DNA of 32,000 nucleotides from Desulfotalea psychrophila LSv54. GTDB taxonomy: Bacteria; Desulfobacterota; Desulfobulbia; Desulfobulbales; Desulfocapsaceae. The stretch is from assembly GCF_000025945.1 (NCBI RefSeq), contig NC_006138.1, positions 3,360,001 to 3,392,000 on the forward strand. Direction: 5' to 3'. Both the position numbers and the translations under genes were made by a program. Positions 18,437 to 26,991 of the stretch are shown piece by piece; within the stretch, counting starts at the first letter, position 1, and the number at the start of each line of letters is the position of its first letter. Under the pieces are notes generated by a model. The model was not told the origin of the DNA, did not search any database, and saw only the letters and a program-made list of their open reading frames with translations.

Positions 18437-19003
18437 ATGAGTAGTGAACAAGCTCGAATGAAGTCTTTTTGCGACAGCGATCGCTGTATTGAGTGCTTTG
18501 GCTGCAGTGTCGCCTGCGCCGAAGCACATGACCTCCCCGTTGGCATAAGCCGCAGGAAGGTTATCACCCTATTTGAAGGTATTGAGGGAAAGGAGATTTC
18601 CACCTCAATTGCCTGCATGCACTGTGCCGACGCTCCCTGCCAAAAGGTATGTCCCGTTGACTGTTTCTATATCAGGGAAGATGGCATAGTCCTCCATGAT
18701 AAGGAAAAATGTATCGGCTGTGGCTACTGTCTCTACGCATGTCCCTTCGGCGCACCCCAGTTTCCCCGGGACGGAGCCTTTGGCACAAAAGGCGCCATGG
18801 ATAAATGCACCATGTGTGCAGGAGGTCCCGTCGAAACAAATAGTGAAAAAGAGCGACAGCTTTATGGGCAAAACCGGATAGCAGAGGGCAAGGTGCCCAT
18901 CTGTGCTGCGGTTTGTGCAACCAATGCCCTATTGGTTGGTGACGCCGAGGAAGTCTCTAATATTTACCGAAAAAGAGTCAGTTCCAGAGGTAAAGGAGCA
19001 TAA
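18437..19003 (+). CDS. fdhB: Formate dehydrogenase iron-sulfur subunit (four [4Fe-4S] motifs)
   Basis: 188 aa. CIECFGCSVACAEAH, CMHCADAPCQKVCP, CIGCGYCLYACP, CTMC...CAAVCATNAL. AGGAGG RBS. Confidence 0.85.
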   Translation: MSSEQARMKSFCDSDRCIECFGCSVACAEAHDLPVGISRRKVITLFEGIEGKEISTSIACMHCADAPCQKVCPVDCFYIREDGIVLHDKEKCIGCGYCLYACPFGAPQFPRDGAFGTKGAMDKCTMCAGGPVETNSEKERQLYGQNRIAEGKVPICAAVCATNALLVGDAEEVSNIYRKRVSSRGKGA

Positions 19004-19005
19004 AA

Positions 19006-19908
19006 GTGATAAAGAAATTTCTGATTTCTATCATCACTACCCTATCTTTGGCATCAGCTGCATATGCAGCTGATAGCCAAATTTGGGGGACGATGATAAT
19101 TCCGAACATCCTCGGTTATGGGCAAGAACAGTCACTACATCTAGGCCCATGGTTCACCTTCTTGCAAGGTGTCTATTTTTCAAAAATTTTCCTCGCCACT
19201 ATCATAGGCGTGCCAGCTCTCTTTCTCGGCCATTACCTTATCTTTGGCCCGAAAATATTCTCCCATGCTGGAAAAAAAATCTATATCTTCCCTGCCATGC
19301 AAAGAATCGTCCACCTGCTGGCAGCGGTGGCCTTTATCATTCTTATTCCAAGCGGATTAATGATCGTCTTTGCAAAGTATCTGGGTGGAGGTCCCCTGGT
19401 GGCAGGCGCCAGACATCTACACGGCATTGCCACCCTTATTTTTCTTCTCTCCCTGATTCCAATGTTTTTATTTTGGGTCCGTGAGATGCTGCCAACAGCC
19501 GATGATATCAAATGGGTTTTGATCCTCGGTGGCTATCTCAGTAAAGAGATAAAGGAGATCCCCGCAGGTAAATTTAATGCCGGGCAGAAGATGTGGTTTT
19601 GGATGGCAACGGTGGGTGGCCTTATTATGATCGGCACCGGAGCCGCCATGTATTTGCAGGATTTCAACTATGGTATAGCCAGCAGTTTAGGACTATCTCA
19701 GATTGACCTGCTGCGAATTTCTGTCCTTGTCCATAATGGACTTGCTCTTCTCATTACCGCCTTCTTTTTCACCCACGCCTATATGTCCCTCTTTGCGATA
19801 AAAGGGGCAATACACAGCATCATAAATGGCTACAAGGAACATGATGAGGTGATGTATCTTCACAGCTCATATTACAAGCAACTGAAGCAGAGTGGCAAAA
19901 TAGAGTAG
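19006..19908 (+). CDS. fdhC: Formate dehydrogenase membrane cytochrome b subunit
   Basis: 300 aa, GTG start 3 nt after the fdhB stop. Multiple TM helices with conserved His (RIVHLLAAVAF, HLHGIATLIF, LVHNGLALL, FTHAYMS) and a KFNAGQKMWFW motif, as in FdnI/FdhC-type cytochromes b. Confidence 0.75.
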   Translation: MIKKFLISIITTLSLASAAYAADSQIWGTMIIPNILGYGQEQSLHLGPWFTFLQGVYFSKIFLATIIGVPALFLGHYLIFGPKIFSHAGKKIYIFPAMQRIVHLLAAVAFIILIPSGLMIVFAKYLGGGPLVAGARHLHGIATLIFLLSLIPMFLFWVREMLPTADDIKWVLILGGYLSKEIKEIPAGKFNAGQKMWFWMATVGGLIMIGTGAAMYLQDFNYGIASSLGLSQIDLLRISVLVHNGLALLITAFFFTHAYMSLFAIKGAIHSIINGYKEHDEVMYLHSSYYKQLKQSGKIE

Positions 19909-19935
19909 TTGCAAGAAGATTTCAGGACACAGAAT

Positions 19936-19990
19936 TGCAGCCGATAGCGCAGAATACAGGTAATTTTTCTCGGCTGCAGTTCTGCCTTTT
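19936..19990. terminator. Inverted repeat between convergent fdhC and the ModE-like gene (possible terminator)
   Basis: TGCAGCCGA (19936-19944) pairs with TCGGCTGCA (19970-19978), followed by ...CCTTTTT. The loop is large (25 nt), so this is weak. Confidence 0.3.
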
Positions 19991-20035
19991 TCACCTTCAG
20001 TGGGCAGGAATGGAGCAAAGAGTTAGAGAGTCGAA

Positions 20036-20398
20036 CTACTTCTGTAAAAAAAGTTCCGCAAAACGCTTATTGGCAAACTCCTCGACCTCTGCCTGGAGAA
20101 GACGATAATTACGGATAAGCTCTTTGGCCTTTGGGGTCAGGGTTGTTCCGCCGCCACTGCCCCGTCCCTTTTGACTAATCACCAACTCGTCCGAAACATT
20201 TTGCTGCAGGGTCTTAATATGAGTCCATGCTTTTTTATAGTTCATACCCATATTTTCAGCAGCCCTGGCAATGGAACCATCCACCTCTATTCGTTCAAGA
20301 ATTTCTGTTTTCCCCTTCCCAAAATGTAAATCATTCTGGTCATTTTCGATCCATATCTTGGTTTTGATGCTCAAAGAGTCCGCATTATCTAACTTCAT
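20036..20398 (-). CDS. ModE N-terminal-domain-only winged-helix regulator (no Mop/TOBE domains)
   Basis: 120 aa. GKGKTEILERIEVDGSIARAAENMGMNYKKAWTHIKTLQQ...ISQKGRGSGGGTTLTPKAKELI parallels the ModE N-terminal HTH, including the glycine-rich GGxGGG..LT segment. Confidence 0.75.
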   Translation of the reverse strand: MKLDNADSLSIKTKIWIENDQNDLHFGKGKTEILERIEVDGSIARAAENMGMNYKKAWTHIKTLQQNVSDELVISQKGRGSGGGTTLTPKAKELIRNYRLLQAEVEEFANKRFAELFLQK

Positions 20399-20554
20399 AA
20401 GAATGGTTACACGTAGTTTAATTTAAAAAAATTGAACGGTATTTACAGACAGGCAACATAAAGCTAGCCGATTAAGTGGGCAGAGGCAATTTCTTTTTGC
20501 CCCGGTGCCACCAGCCCCGCCAGCCCCTGCCTACCAGAAAAGCCAGGGACTACA

Positions 20555-20594
20555 AACAAAAAACCCCACAGTTCCATTACAGAAAACTGCGGGG
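20555..20594 (-). terminator. Rho-independent terminator downstream of moeA
   Basis: On the minus strand, CCCCGCAGTT ... AACTGTGGGG (10-bp stem with one G-U pair) is followed by TTTTTTGTTTG. Lies about 40 nt after the moeA stop. Confidence 0.55.
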
Positions 20595-20631
20595 CAAGAC
20601 CCTAATCCTCCAGGCAAATTCTCAGCAAATT

Positions 20632-21834
20632 CTAGGCAAAGGCAAATACATCGGTGAGATCACCAGGATTGAGAGTCACCCCGGGTTCCATGGCTATATA
20701 GCCATCGGCCTTAACTATGGAGGTGATCATATGCGATCCCTGTTGGTCGATCGGTTTAAAGGTGGGCTCCTCATGCTGTTTATTGGTGATAGCAACACGA
20801 ATAAAGTTTGTCCTCTTGCCCTTATTGGCAATGGTCTTCTCCGCCCGGGCAGAAAAGCCCTCATGAATATGCTCAAGGCCCTGCAGGGCGGCAAGGGTGG
20901 GCAGAACAAAGTTTTGAAAACACATAAAGGCCGATACGGGATTACCGGGCAGACCAAAGAGCAGGGTCTTACCTCGTTTGCCAACATAGAGCGGCTTTCC
21001 TGGTTTCTGCCTGATCTGCCAGAAGAGTTGGGTGAAGCCCGCCAGCTCAGCCGCCTCCTTGACATGATCATGTTGCCCCACGGAAACACCACCTGAACAG
21101 ATAATAATATCACTGTCCTGCTTTGCCCCCTCAATTGACTCTACGGTAGAGGATAAATCATCCAACACATGCAGACATTCAGCAACCACAGCACCCGCTT
21201 CCCGAATGCTGCCCTTTAACATCGGCGCATTTGAATCGCGAATCTGATATGACTTTATATCTTTATCAGCAAAGTGGGCCAGTTCAGTCCCGGTGGTGAA
21301 GAGGGATACCCTGGGGGCCGCATATACCGGGACAAAATCAAAACCAACGGCTGAGAGCAGGGCGATCTGACGAGATTTCAGCTCCTGGCCCCGACAGAGA
21401 AGAGATTCTCCCTGTTTAAATTCCTCCCCCGCATAGCGAACATCCTGGCCCTGACACTTGCATTTTTTAATGATAACCCTGCTACCATTTTCTTCAGTAT
21501 CTTCAACGCGAATAACCGTATCAACACCCTGGGCAAGCATGGCTCCGGTACTGATCCGAACGGCCTGCCCCTCCTGGACAACTCGTCCGCAGGGTGCCCC
21601 CGCCTGAGATTCGCCAACAATAGCTAAGGAGACCGGATCCTTTCCCCCGCCAAGATCCTGCCAACGAACGGCAAAACCATCCATGGCAGAACTTGTATAG
21701 CGAGGCGAGGCCTCGGGAGCCGCGATATCTTCGGCCAGGCGACGGGCAAAGGCCTCCTCAAGTGACACCTGTACTTTTCTTGGTTCAGGTAGGTTCTTCT
21801 CTAAAATCGACAGTGCTTCAGGTACAGAAATCAT
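20632..21834 (-). CDS. moeA: Molybdopterin molybdenum/tungsten transferase MoeA
   Basis: ORF trimmed to the ATG at 21834, directly after the moaA TGA (21836-21838). Family stretches SPRYTSSAMDGFAV, IIICSGGVSVGQHDHVKE, LFGLPGNPVSAF. Confidence 0.9.
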   Translation of the reverse strand: MISVPEALSILEKNLPEPRKVQVSLEEAFARRLAEDIAAPEASPRYTSSAMDGFAVRWQDLGGGKDPVSLAIVGESQAGAPCGRVVQEGQAVRISTGAMLAQGVDTVIRVEDTEENGSRVIIKKCKCQGQDVRYAGEEFKQGESLLCRGQELKSRQIALLSAVGFDFVPVYAAPRVSLFTTGTELAHFADKDIKSYQIRDSNAPMLKGSIREAGAVVAECLHVLDDLSSTVESIEGAKQDSDIIICSGGVSVGQHDHVKEAAELAGFTQLFWQIRQKPGKPLYVGKRGKTLLFGLPGNPVSAFMCFQNFVLPTLAALQGLEHIHEGFSARAEKTIANKGKRTNFIRVAITNKQHEEPTFKPIDQQGSHMITSIVKADGYIAMEPGVTLNPGDLTDVFAFA

Positions 21835-21835
21835 A

Positions 21836-22846
21836 TCAACCCCCAATGGTCGCCATTGAATCTTCACATATTTTATCCTGCAACTCAGCCGTTACATGCC
21901 CATCTTTCAACTTGCCGAGGACAGCCTGCTGAATTCTCTCCGCCACCTCGACATCATCTGCCCCATTTCTGAGCAGGGCCCGCAGATCAAGCACGCCACT
22001 ATCATAGAGACAGTTCTTCAACATACCGCAGGAGGTGATTCGAACCTTATTACAGTGGGCACAAAACTTACGCGATTCTCCTTCAATAAGGCCGAGATTC
22101 CCCCTATATCCGGGCAGGGAAAATTTCCGTGCCGTCTCTATCTGGGCAGAAGAGATCTCCGTAAGCTCTGGAAAAAGTCTGACGAGACGATCCTCAAGCG
22201 ACAGGGCCTTCTTAATTTCCCCACTCTCCTTACCGGAAAAGGGCATCAGCTCGATAAATCGCAGTTGAATGGGATTATCTTCAGTTAATGCCGCCATCTG
22301 CCGTAACTCCTCATCACTGGTATCCTCCATGACCACGGTATTTACCTTGAGAGGAATCCCCAAAGAGAGGATCTGATGAAAAACGGCAAGCACCTTCGTT
22401 AAACCGTCTCGGCGGGTAATCTGGCTGAAGCGAAGGGGATCAAGGGTATCAAGACTGAGGTTTATTCCCCCAAGCCCCATCTCTTTTAGGCGGCCAAGAT
22501 GTGGGGAGAGGGCAATGCCATTGGTGGTGACCCGCAGGTCCAAATGCGCTGTTTGCTCCATCAGGGCCTGCATAAAATCAACACAGTCCCGGCGAACAAA
22601 GGGTTCTCCACCGGTTATCCTAATTTTATTCACCCCGAATCCGACAAAAATACGGCTGATACGGAGGAGTTCCTGATAGGAGAGAATTTCAGAGTGATCA
22701 AGGAACTGGACACCCTCTTCCGGCATACAGTAACGACAACGGAGGTTACAACGATCGGTTATGGAAAGCCTAAGATAAGTAATTGAACGGCCATGCGTAT
22801 CAACCAACTTAGACTGCGGGGAACTGGGCCCCGGTGAGACATTCAT
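21836..22846 (-). CDS. moaA: GTP 3',8-cyclase MoaA (radical SAM)
   Basis: YLRLSITDRCNLRCRYCMP radical-SAM motif, C-terminal CAHCNKVRITSCG cluster motif, terminal GG. AAGGAG RBS. Confidence 0.95.
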   Translation of the reverse strand: MNVSPGPSSPQSKLVDTHGRSITYLRLSITDRCNLRCRYCMPEEGVQFLDHSEILSYQELLRISRIFVGFGVNKIRITGGEPFVRRDCVDFMQALMEQTAHLDLRVTTNGIALSPHLGRLKEMGLGGINLSLDTLDPLRFSQITRRDGLTKVLAVFHQILSLGIPLKVNTVVMEDTSDEELRQMAALTEDNPIQLRFIELMPFSGKESGEIKKALSLEDRLVRLFPELTEISSAQIETARKFSLPGYRGNLGLIEGESRKFCAHCNKVRITSCGMLKNCLYDSGVLDLRALLRNGADDVEVAERIQQAVLGKLKDGHVTAELQDKICEDSMATIGG

Positions 22847-22850
22847 ACAG

Positions 22851-22952
22851 ACTCCTTTTCAAGTGGTGGAAGGCTGAACCGTTTCCAGTACAACCCTAAC
22901 GGCTGCAGACCATGATCCATGCAGAAACCGAAGGCCTTTTAGCTCGGAGTTA
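22851..22952 (-). promoter_or_regulatory. Probable Moco (molybdenum/tungsten cofactor) riboswitch in the moaA leader
   Basis: The minus-strand leader reads AACTCCGAGC...CTGCA-N-TGCAG...CCGTT-N-AACGG...CAGCCTTCC...GAAAAGGAGT. The CUCCGAGC and AAAGGAG blocks match my recollection of the Moco motif. ACTCC pairs with GGAGT, so P1 would sequester the moaA RBS. Confidence 0.55.
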
Positions 22953-23107
22953 TATTCTTAAGGCCCGACTACACAACACAGAGAGGCCCCCTATTTACCT
23001 AACAGAAAACCATCTTTTTCTCAAGTTATTCTAGCTATTAAGTGAAGATAAACACAGCTAGCAGAGAACTACAGCTATAAGCTGACAGTTAAAAGCAAAC
23101 AAAAAAA

Positions 23108-23215
23108 GTTAACCACAGAGGGCACTGAGAACACAGAGGAAATCAATTTAAAAAACAGAAAAGACAAATACTAGAGAAAAACAGGAAAAAAGATACGAGA
23201 AAGAGCAAAAAATAG
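23108..23215 (+). repeat. Degenerate single copy of the purine-rich GTTAACCAC... repeat family
   Basis: GTTAACCACAGAGGGCACTGAGAACACAGAGGAAATCAATTTAAAAAACAG... aligns with units at 26558, 26667, 29228 and 29350. It is embedded in a ~180-bp tract that is almost entirely A/G on the plus strand (about 23100-23285). Confidence 0.7.
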
Positions 23216-23278
23216 TAGTAGAGCGAAGTGGTGAAAAGCAGAGGTGGAGAAAAGAGAAAAAAACTGAGAAGAGCAAAA

Positions 23279-23309
23279 GGGGGGAGCTTTACTTAAATTC
23301 AAACTCCCC
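23279..23309 (-). terminator. Rho-independent terminator after the small Cys-rich peptide gene
   Basis: Minus strand: CCGGGGAG-loop-CTCCCCCC followed by TTTTGCTCTTCTCAGTTTTTTT. Begins about 40 nt after the stop at 23351. Confidence 0.5.
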
Positions 23310-23350
23310 GGGATAGCAGAGCTCAAACAAAGCCTGCCATATTTACTCTA

Positions 23351-23521
23351 CTAATAGGCACCACACTGCTGTTTGCAGCTGTATCCGCACTGGCTTGAAC
23401 TAGCACCAGATTCGGTACAGGCTCTCCAACAATCAGCATAGCAAACATGATCATAGGCAGAGGCACCAGTGGCAACTAAAAGCAGGGCAGCAAGGGTCAT
23501 AAGAATAGCTATTTTTTTCAT
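23351..23521 (-). CDS. Small secreted cysteine-rich peptide (56-aa precursor, about 34-aa mature)
   Basis: ORF 23351..23650 trimmed to the ATG at 23521 with a GAGGAAG RBS. Signal MKKIAILMTLAALLLVATGASA. Mature YDHVCYADCWRACTESGASSSQCGYSCKQQCGAY. Has its own terminator. Confidence 0.6.
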   Translation of the reverse strand: MKKIAILMTLAALLLVATGASAYDHVCYADCWRACTESGASSSQCGYSCKQQCGAY

Positions 23522-24055
23522 TAAAAACTTCCTCGTCCAGAGTATAGGTGATCGTCTTCCGTTAAATCCCCAAGGGGGATACCAATTGCTACAGGGCGAA
23601 CTTTTGTCCTCTACCTTAAGGCAGAGATAAAGAGCGGAAAAAAGATACAAAGCAAAGAGATAGCTGTCAAGGAATTCACAACTGACCTCTCACCCCCACA
23701 AGCAACAGGCGCACCTATTAGCAACAGCAACTATTTGATTTTTCCTGAATAAATAAGTGAAAGCAGAGTCACCCTTTAGCAAAATATTCAACAGTTACAA
23801 CCAAAACCTGCCCCGTCCTAACTTTTCCCTTGACTCCTGCTTGACGCCGCTCTGTCTTTTTGTTATTCAACAAGTAAAATACACTAGCAACGACCTTGTT
23901 GCCCAGATAGAACTTACTGGCTTTACTCGATTATGTCCTCCTACACATTCAGAAAAAGTTGGCGGAGTCATGGCAAGCAGCAAGAAGAAAATCAAAAATT
24001 GACCGGAGCATAATGGAGCACTGAAGCAACCAGACCAATCCTCTTCGTCGTCACC

Positions 24056-24414
24056 TTGAACAAATATTGGCTGATAGAACAGGAGATGAAGGATTGCCAG
24101 GACATGGCCAAGAGAAAAGGGTCAGTTACGACTACACCGCCACGCGAAAATGGTGCCATGTGGGAGGATAGATACCCACGAAATGATGCTGTAAAAGCAC
24201 TGAAAAAAAGATGGCAGGAAAGCACAGGGTTCCAGCAAAGGTCTCTTGCTGAAACGGCGATGTATCGCTACAAGCAGTTCATTCGTGATAAATTGGCCTC
24301 CGCAAACACAAGGTCAAGCTGGTAAGGGCCACTGCTATCAAGGCCGACGGAAATCATCAAATGGCAATTTTTAAGTAGTATACGTTTATTGAAAAAACAA
24401 AGGAAAAGAAGATA
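24056..24414 (+). pseudogene. Remnant of the C-terminal end of a DDE transposase (IS5/IS4-like)
   Basis: The 89-aa ORF ends ...STGFQQRSLAETAMYRYKQFIRDKLASANTRSS, like the conserved ...Y.RRS.VET.M.R.K...G..L tail of IS5/IS4-type transposases. The expected continuation (ATAIKADGNHQM) is in another frame. No N-terminal catalytic part or inverted repeats seen. Confidence 0.4.
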
Positions 24415-26417
24415 TGAGCTTAGGCGACATGGCATTACGAACCAAACTTATAGCAGGTTTTACGACGATACTTGGATTGTTAGTGGTGGTTTCACTGGTA
24501 GGTTATATGGCACTAAATGGTGCCTCTAAAGGGTTTGGCGAATACCGAAAAATGGCTCGGGATGCTAATCTGGCCGGACGTCTCCAAGCCAACATGTTAA
24601 TGGTGCGAATGAACGTTAAAGACTTTATCATTAACGGTAGTGACAAGGACGTAAGGCAATTCGAAGAATATATTGAAAAGGCGGAAGGTTTTATCGAAGA
24701 GGCCCAGGTTGAGATCAATGAGACTAGCCGGGCAGCTAAAATCGATAAAGTTGACGAAAATCAAGGGCTTTACCAAAAATATTTTGTAAAAGTTATAGCA
24801 CTAAAGGCCAAACGCGATCAATTGGTAAACAATGTACTTAATGTCAATGGGCCGATTATGGAAAACTCGTTGACAGACATTATGGTGTCGGCAGAAGAAA
24901 ACGGGAATACGACCGCGGCATTCAACAGTGGCCTGGCTATGAAACATCTGCTTCTGGGCCGCGTCTATATGGCAAAGTTTCTCGATACAAATGAGCAAGG
25001 AACTGTTCATCGCGTTCATGAGGAATTTCAGAAAATGGAGAAATATCTGGATATTCTTTCTGCGGAATTAGAAAATCCCACCCGCCGGGAACTGCTGGCA
25101 AAGATCGTTAAATCAAAAAATATTTATACAAAATCATTCGATAGGATGGTTGCATTTATCTTTGCAAGAAACACAATAATCGCCGAACAGCTTGATGTAA
25201 TGGGCCCGGCTATTGCGAACAATCTTGAGGAGGTCAAGCTTTCCATAAAGGCTGTACAGGATGAGATTGGGCCACGCATGCAAGCCTCAAACCAACGGGC
25301 TGCAACCACTATTTTATTGTTCAGTGCTCTTGCCATAATTATTGGCATAATGCTGGTATTCTTCATTACCCGAAGTGTACTTGCCCAACTTGGTGGAGAT
25401 CCTTCTGAAATAGCCAGCGTTGCCCACAGCATCTCTGAAGGGAATCTTGTTATAGATTTTAAAGACTCAGGACCAGCTGGGGCCACGGGCGTTTACAATG
25501 ATATGGAACAGATGGCGGGTAATCTGAGAACGATGTTCAGTGGAATTGCTACTGGTGTTAACACCATGTCTTCATCCGCCACAGAACTTTCAGCCATATC
25601 AACTCAGATGAGTCAAAATGTCTCAAACATTACAGAAAGATCCAATGGTGTGGCAACGGCCTCGGAGGAGATGAGCACCAACATGAACTCAGTTGCTGCT
25701 GCAATGGAAGAATCCGCCACAAACATCAATATGATCGCCACTGCCTCCGAGGAGATGTCTTCCACCATAGGTGAAATTGCCGAGAATGCGGGTAAGGCAC
25801 GGACTATCTCTGATCAGGCATTAGACAAGTCTTCCAGTGCATCTGACAATATGGATCAATTGCGAATGGCCGTAAATTCAATCGGTAGGGTAGTTGAAAC
25901 TATCACTGACATTTCCGAGCAGGTCAATTTGCTGGCATTGAACGCTACTATTGAAGCCGCCCGGGCAGGTGAATCTGGGAAAGGTTTTGCTGTTGTCGCC
26001 AACGAAATCAAGGAACTGGCAAATCTCACCGCAAATGCCACCCAGGATATTAAGGTGGATATCGAAGGGATTCAGGGAACAACTTCAACAACAGTAACTC
26101 AGATTAATGAAATTTCCGATATCATAAAAGAGGTCAACAGTGTGATAAACGGTATCGCTACTGCTGTTGAGCAACAAGCTTCTGCAACCAATGAGATTGC
26201 TGGCAATGTGGCTCAGGCATCGGACGGGATTAGCGAGGTTAACGAAAACATCAACCAAAGTTCAGGCGTTACCGACGGAATTACTAGAGATATAAGAGAT
26301 ATTAGCGGAGCAATGAACGAAATGTCCACCGGCAGTGGCCAGGTAAATGAGAGCGCTCAAGAGCTCTCACGAATCTCAGAAAATCTGAAAGAGATGGTAG
26401 ACAAGTTTAAAATCTAA
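24414..26417 (+). CDS. Methyl-accepting chemotaxis protein
   Basis: 667 aa. N-terminal TM segment, about 270-aa helical periplasmic sensor, second TM segment, HAMP. Highly conserved signalling hairpin [31 protein letters not shown]. Confidence 0.9.
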   Translation: MSLGDMALRTKLIAGFTTILGLLVVVSLVGYMALNGASKGFGEYRKMARDANLAGRLQANMLMVRMNVKDFIINGSDKDVRQFEEYIEKAEGFIEEAQVEINETSRAAKIDKVDENQGLYQKYFVKVIALKAKRDQLVNNVLNVNGPIMENSLTDIMVSAEENGNTTAAFNSGLAMKHLLLGRVYMAKFLDTNEQGTVHRVHEEFQKMEKYLDILSAELENPTRRELLAKIVKSKNIYTKSFDRMVAFIFARNTIIAEQLDVMGPAIANNLEEVKLSIKAVQDEIGPRMQASNQRAATTILLFSALAIIIGIMLVFFITRSVLAQLGGDPSEIASVAHSISEGNLVIDFKDSGPAGATGVYNDMEQMAGNLRTMFSGIATGVNTMSSSATELSAISTQMSQNVSNITERSNGVATASEEMSTNMNSVAAAMEESATNINMIATASEEMSSTIGEIAENAGKARTISDQALDKSSSASDNMDQLRMAVNSIGRVVETITDISEQVNLLALNATIEAARAGESGKGFAVVANEIKELANLTANATQDIKVDIEGIQGTTSTTVTQINEISDIIKEVNSVINGIATAVEQQASATNEIAGNVAQASDGISEVNENINQSSGVTDGITRDIRDISGAMNEMSTGSGQVNESAQELSRISENLKEMVDKFKI

Positions 26418-26429
26418 TGGCTCACCTTG

Positions 26430-26470
26430 CAGCGGGAGTTTCTGGTCTGACTCCCGCTGTTGCATTTCTC
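26430..26470 (+). terminator. Rho-independent terminator after the chemoreceptor gene
   Basis: CAGCGGGAGT (26430-26439) pairs perfectly with ACTCCCGCTG (26450-26459), followed by TTGCATTTCTC. Confidence 0.6.
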
Positions 26471-26502
26471 CTCCCCACGCTGGCCCTATAGTGTCCCAAT
26501 AA

Positions 26503-26790
26503 AAAACGTTAACCACTGGAACCGAGAACACAGATACTAGAAAAAGCGAAAAAAAAAGTTAACCACTGCTTATGAGCACACAGAGGGAATTAATTTAAAA
26601 ACAACAGTAAAGCGGAGCAAGAAACAGGAAAAGCAGATACGAGATACTAGAAAAAGCGGAAAAAAAGTTAACCACTGCTTATGAGGACACAGAGGGAATT
26701 AATTTAAAAACAACAGTAAAGCGGAGCAAAAAACAGGAAAAGCAGATACGAGATGCTAGAAAAAGCGGAAAAGCGGAAAAACAACAGCGT
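26503..26790 (+). repeat. Tandem array of the purine-rich repeat family (one truncated plus two full 109-bp units)
   Basis: GTTAACCACTG starts at 26508, 26558 and 26667. Units 26558-26666 and 26667-26775 differ at only a few positions. Confidence 0.85.
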
Positions 26791-26991
26791 AGCTGGCTGA
26801 TGGTGGTGGGCAGGAGGCCAAGCATGAGAGAGGGATAGCACCGACAAAATGAGCATATTCATCTCTTTTACGCAAAAGAAAGGAGCCCCACGAGAGTTTA
26901 AGAGGGCTAGCTCAAACAGCTCAAACTCTATTTCCCTGGGATCTCTCTCCGCTGCTCAGCTCCTTGACAAGGGGGCATGATCACCTCTGCC

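Noticed and set aside
23757-24225. Small ORFs 23757..24002 (+) and 23992..24225 (-) between the Cys-rich peptide gene and the transposase remnant.
   Set aside because: No RBS, no recognisable motifs, and mutually overlapping. The region looks like decayed IS or intergenic sequence.
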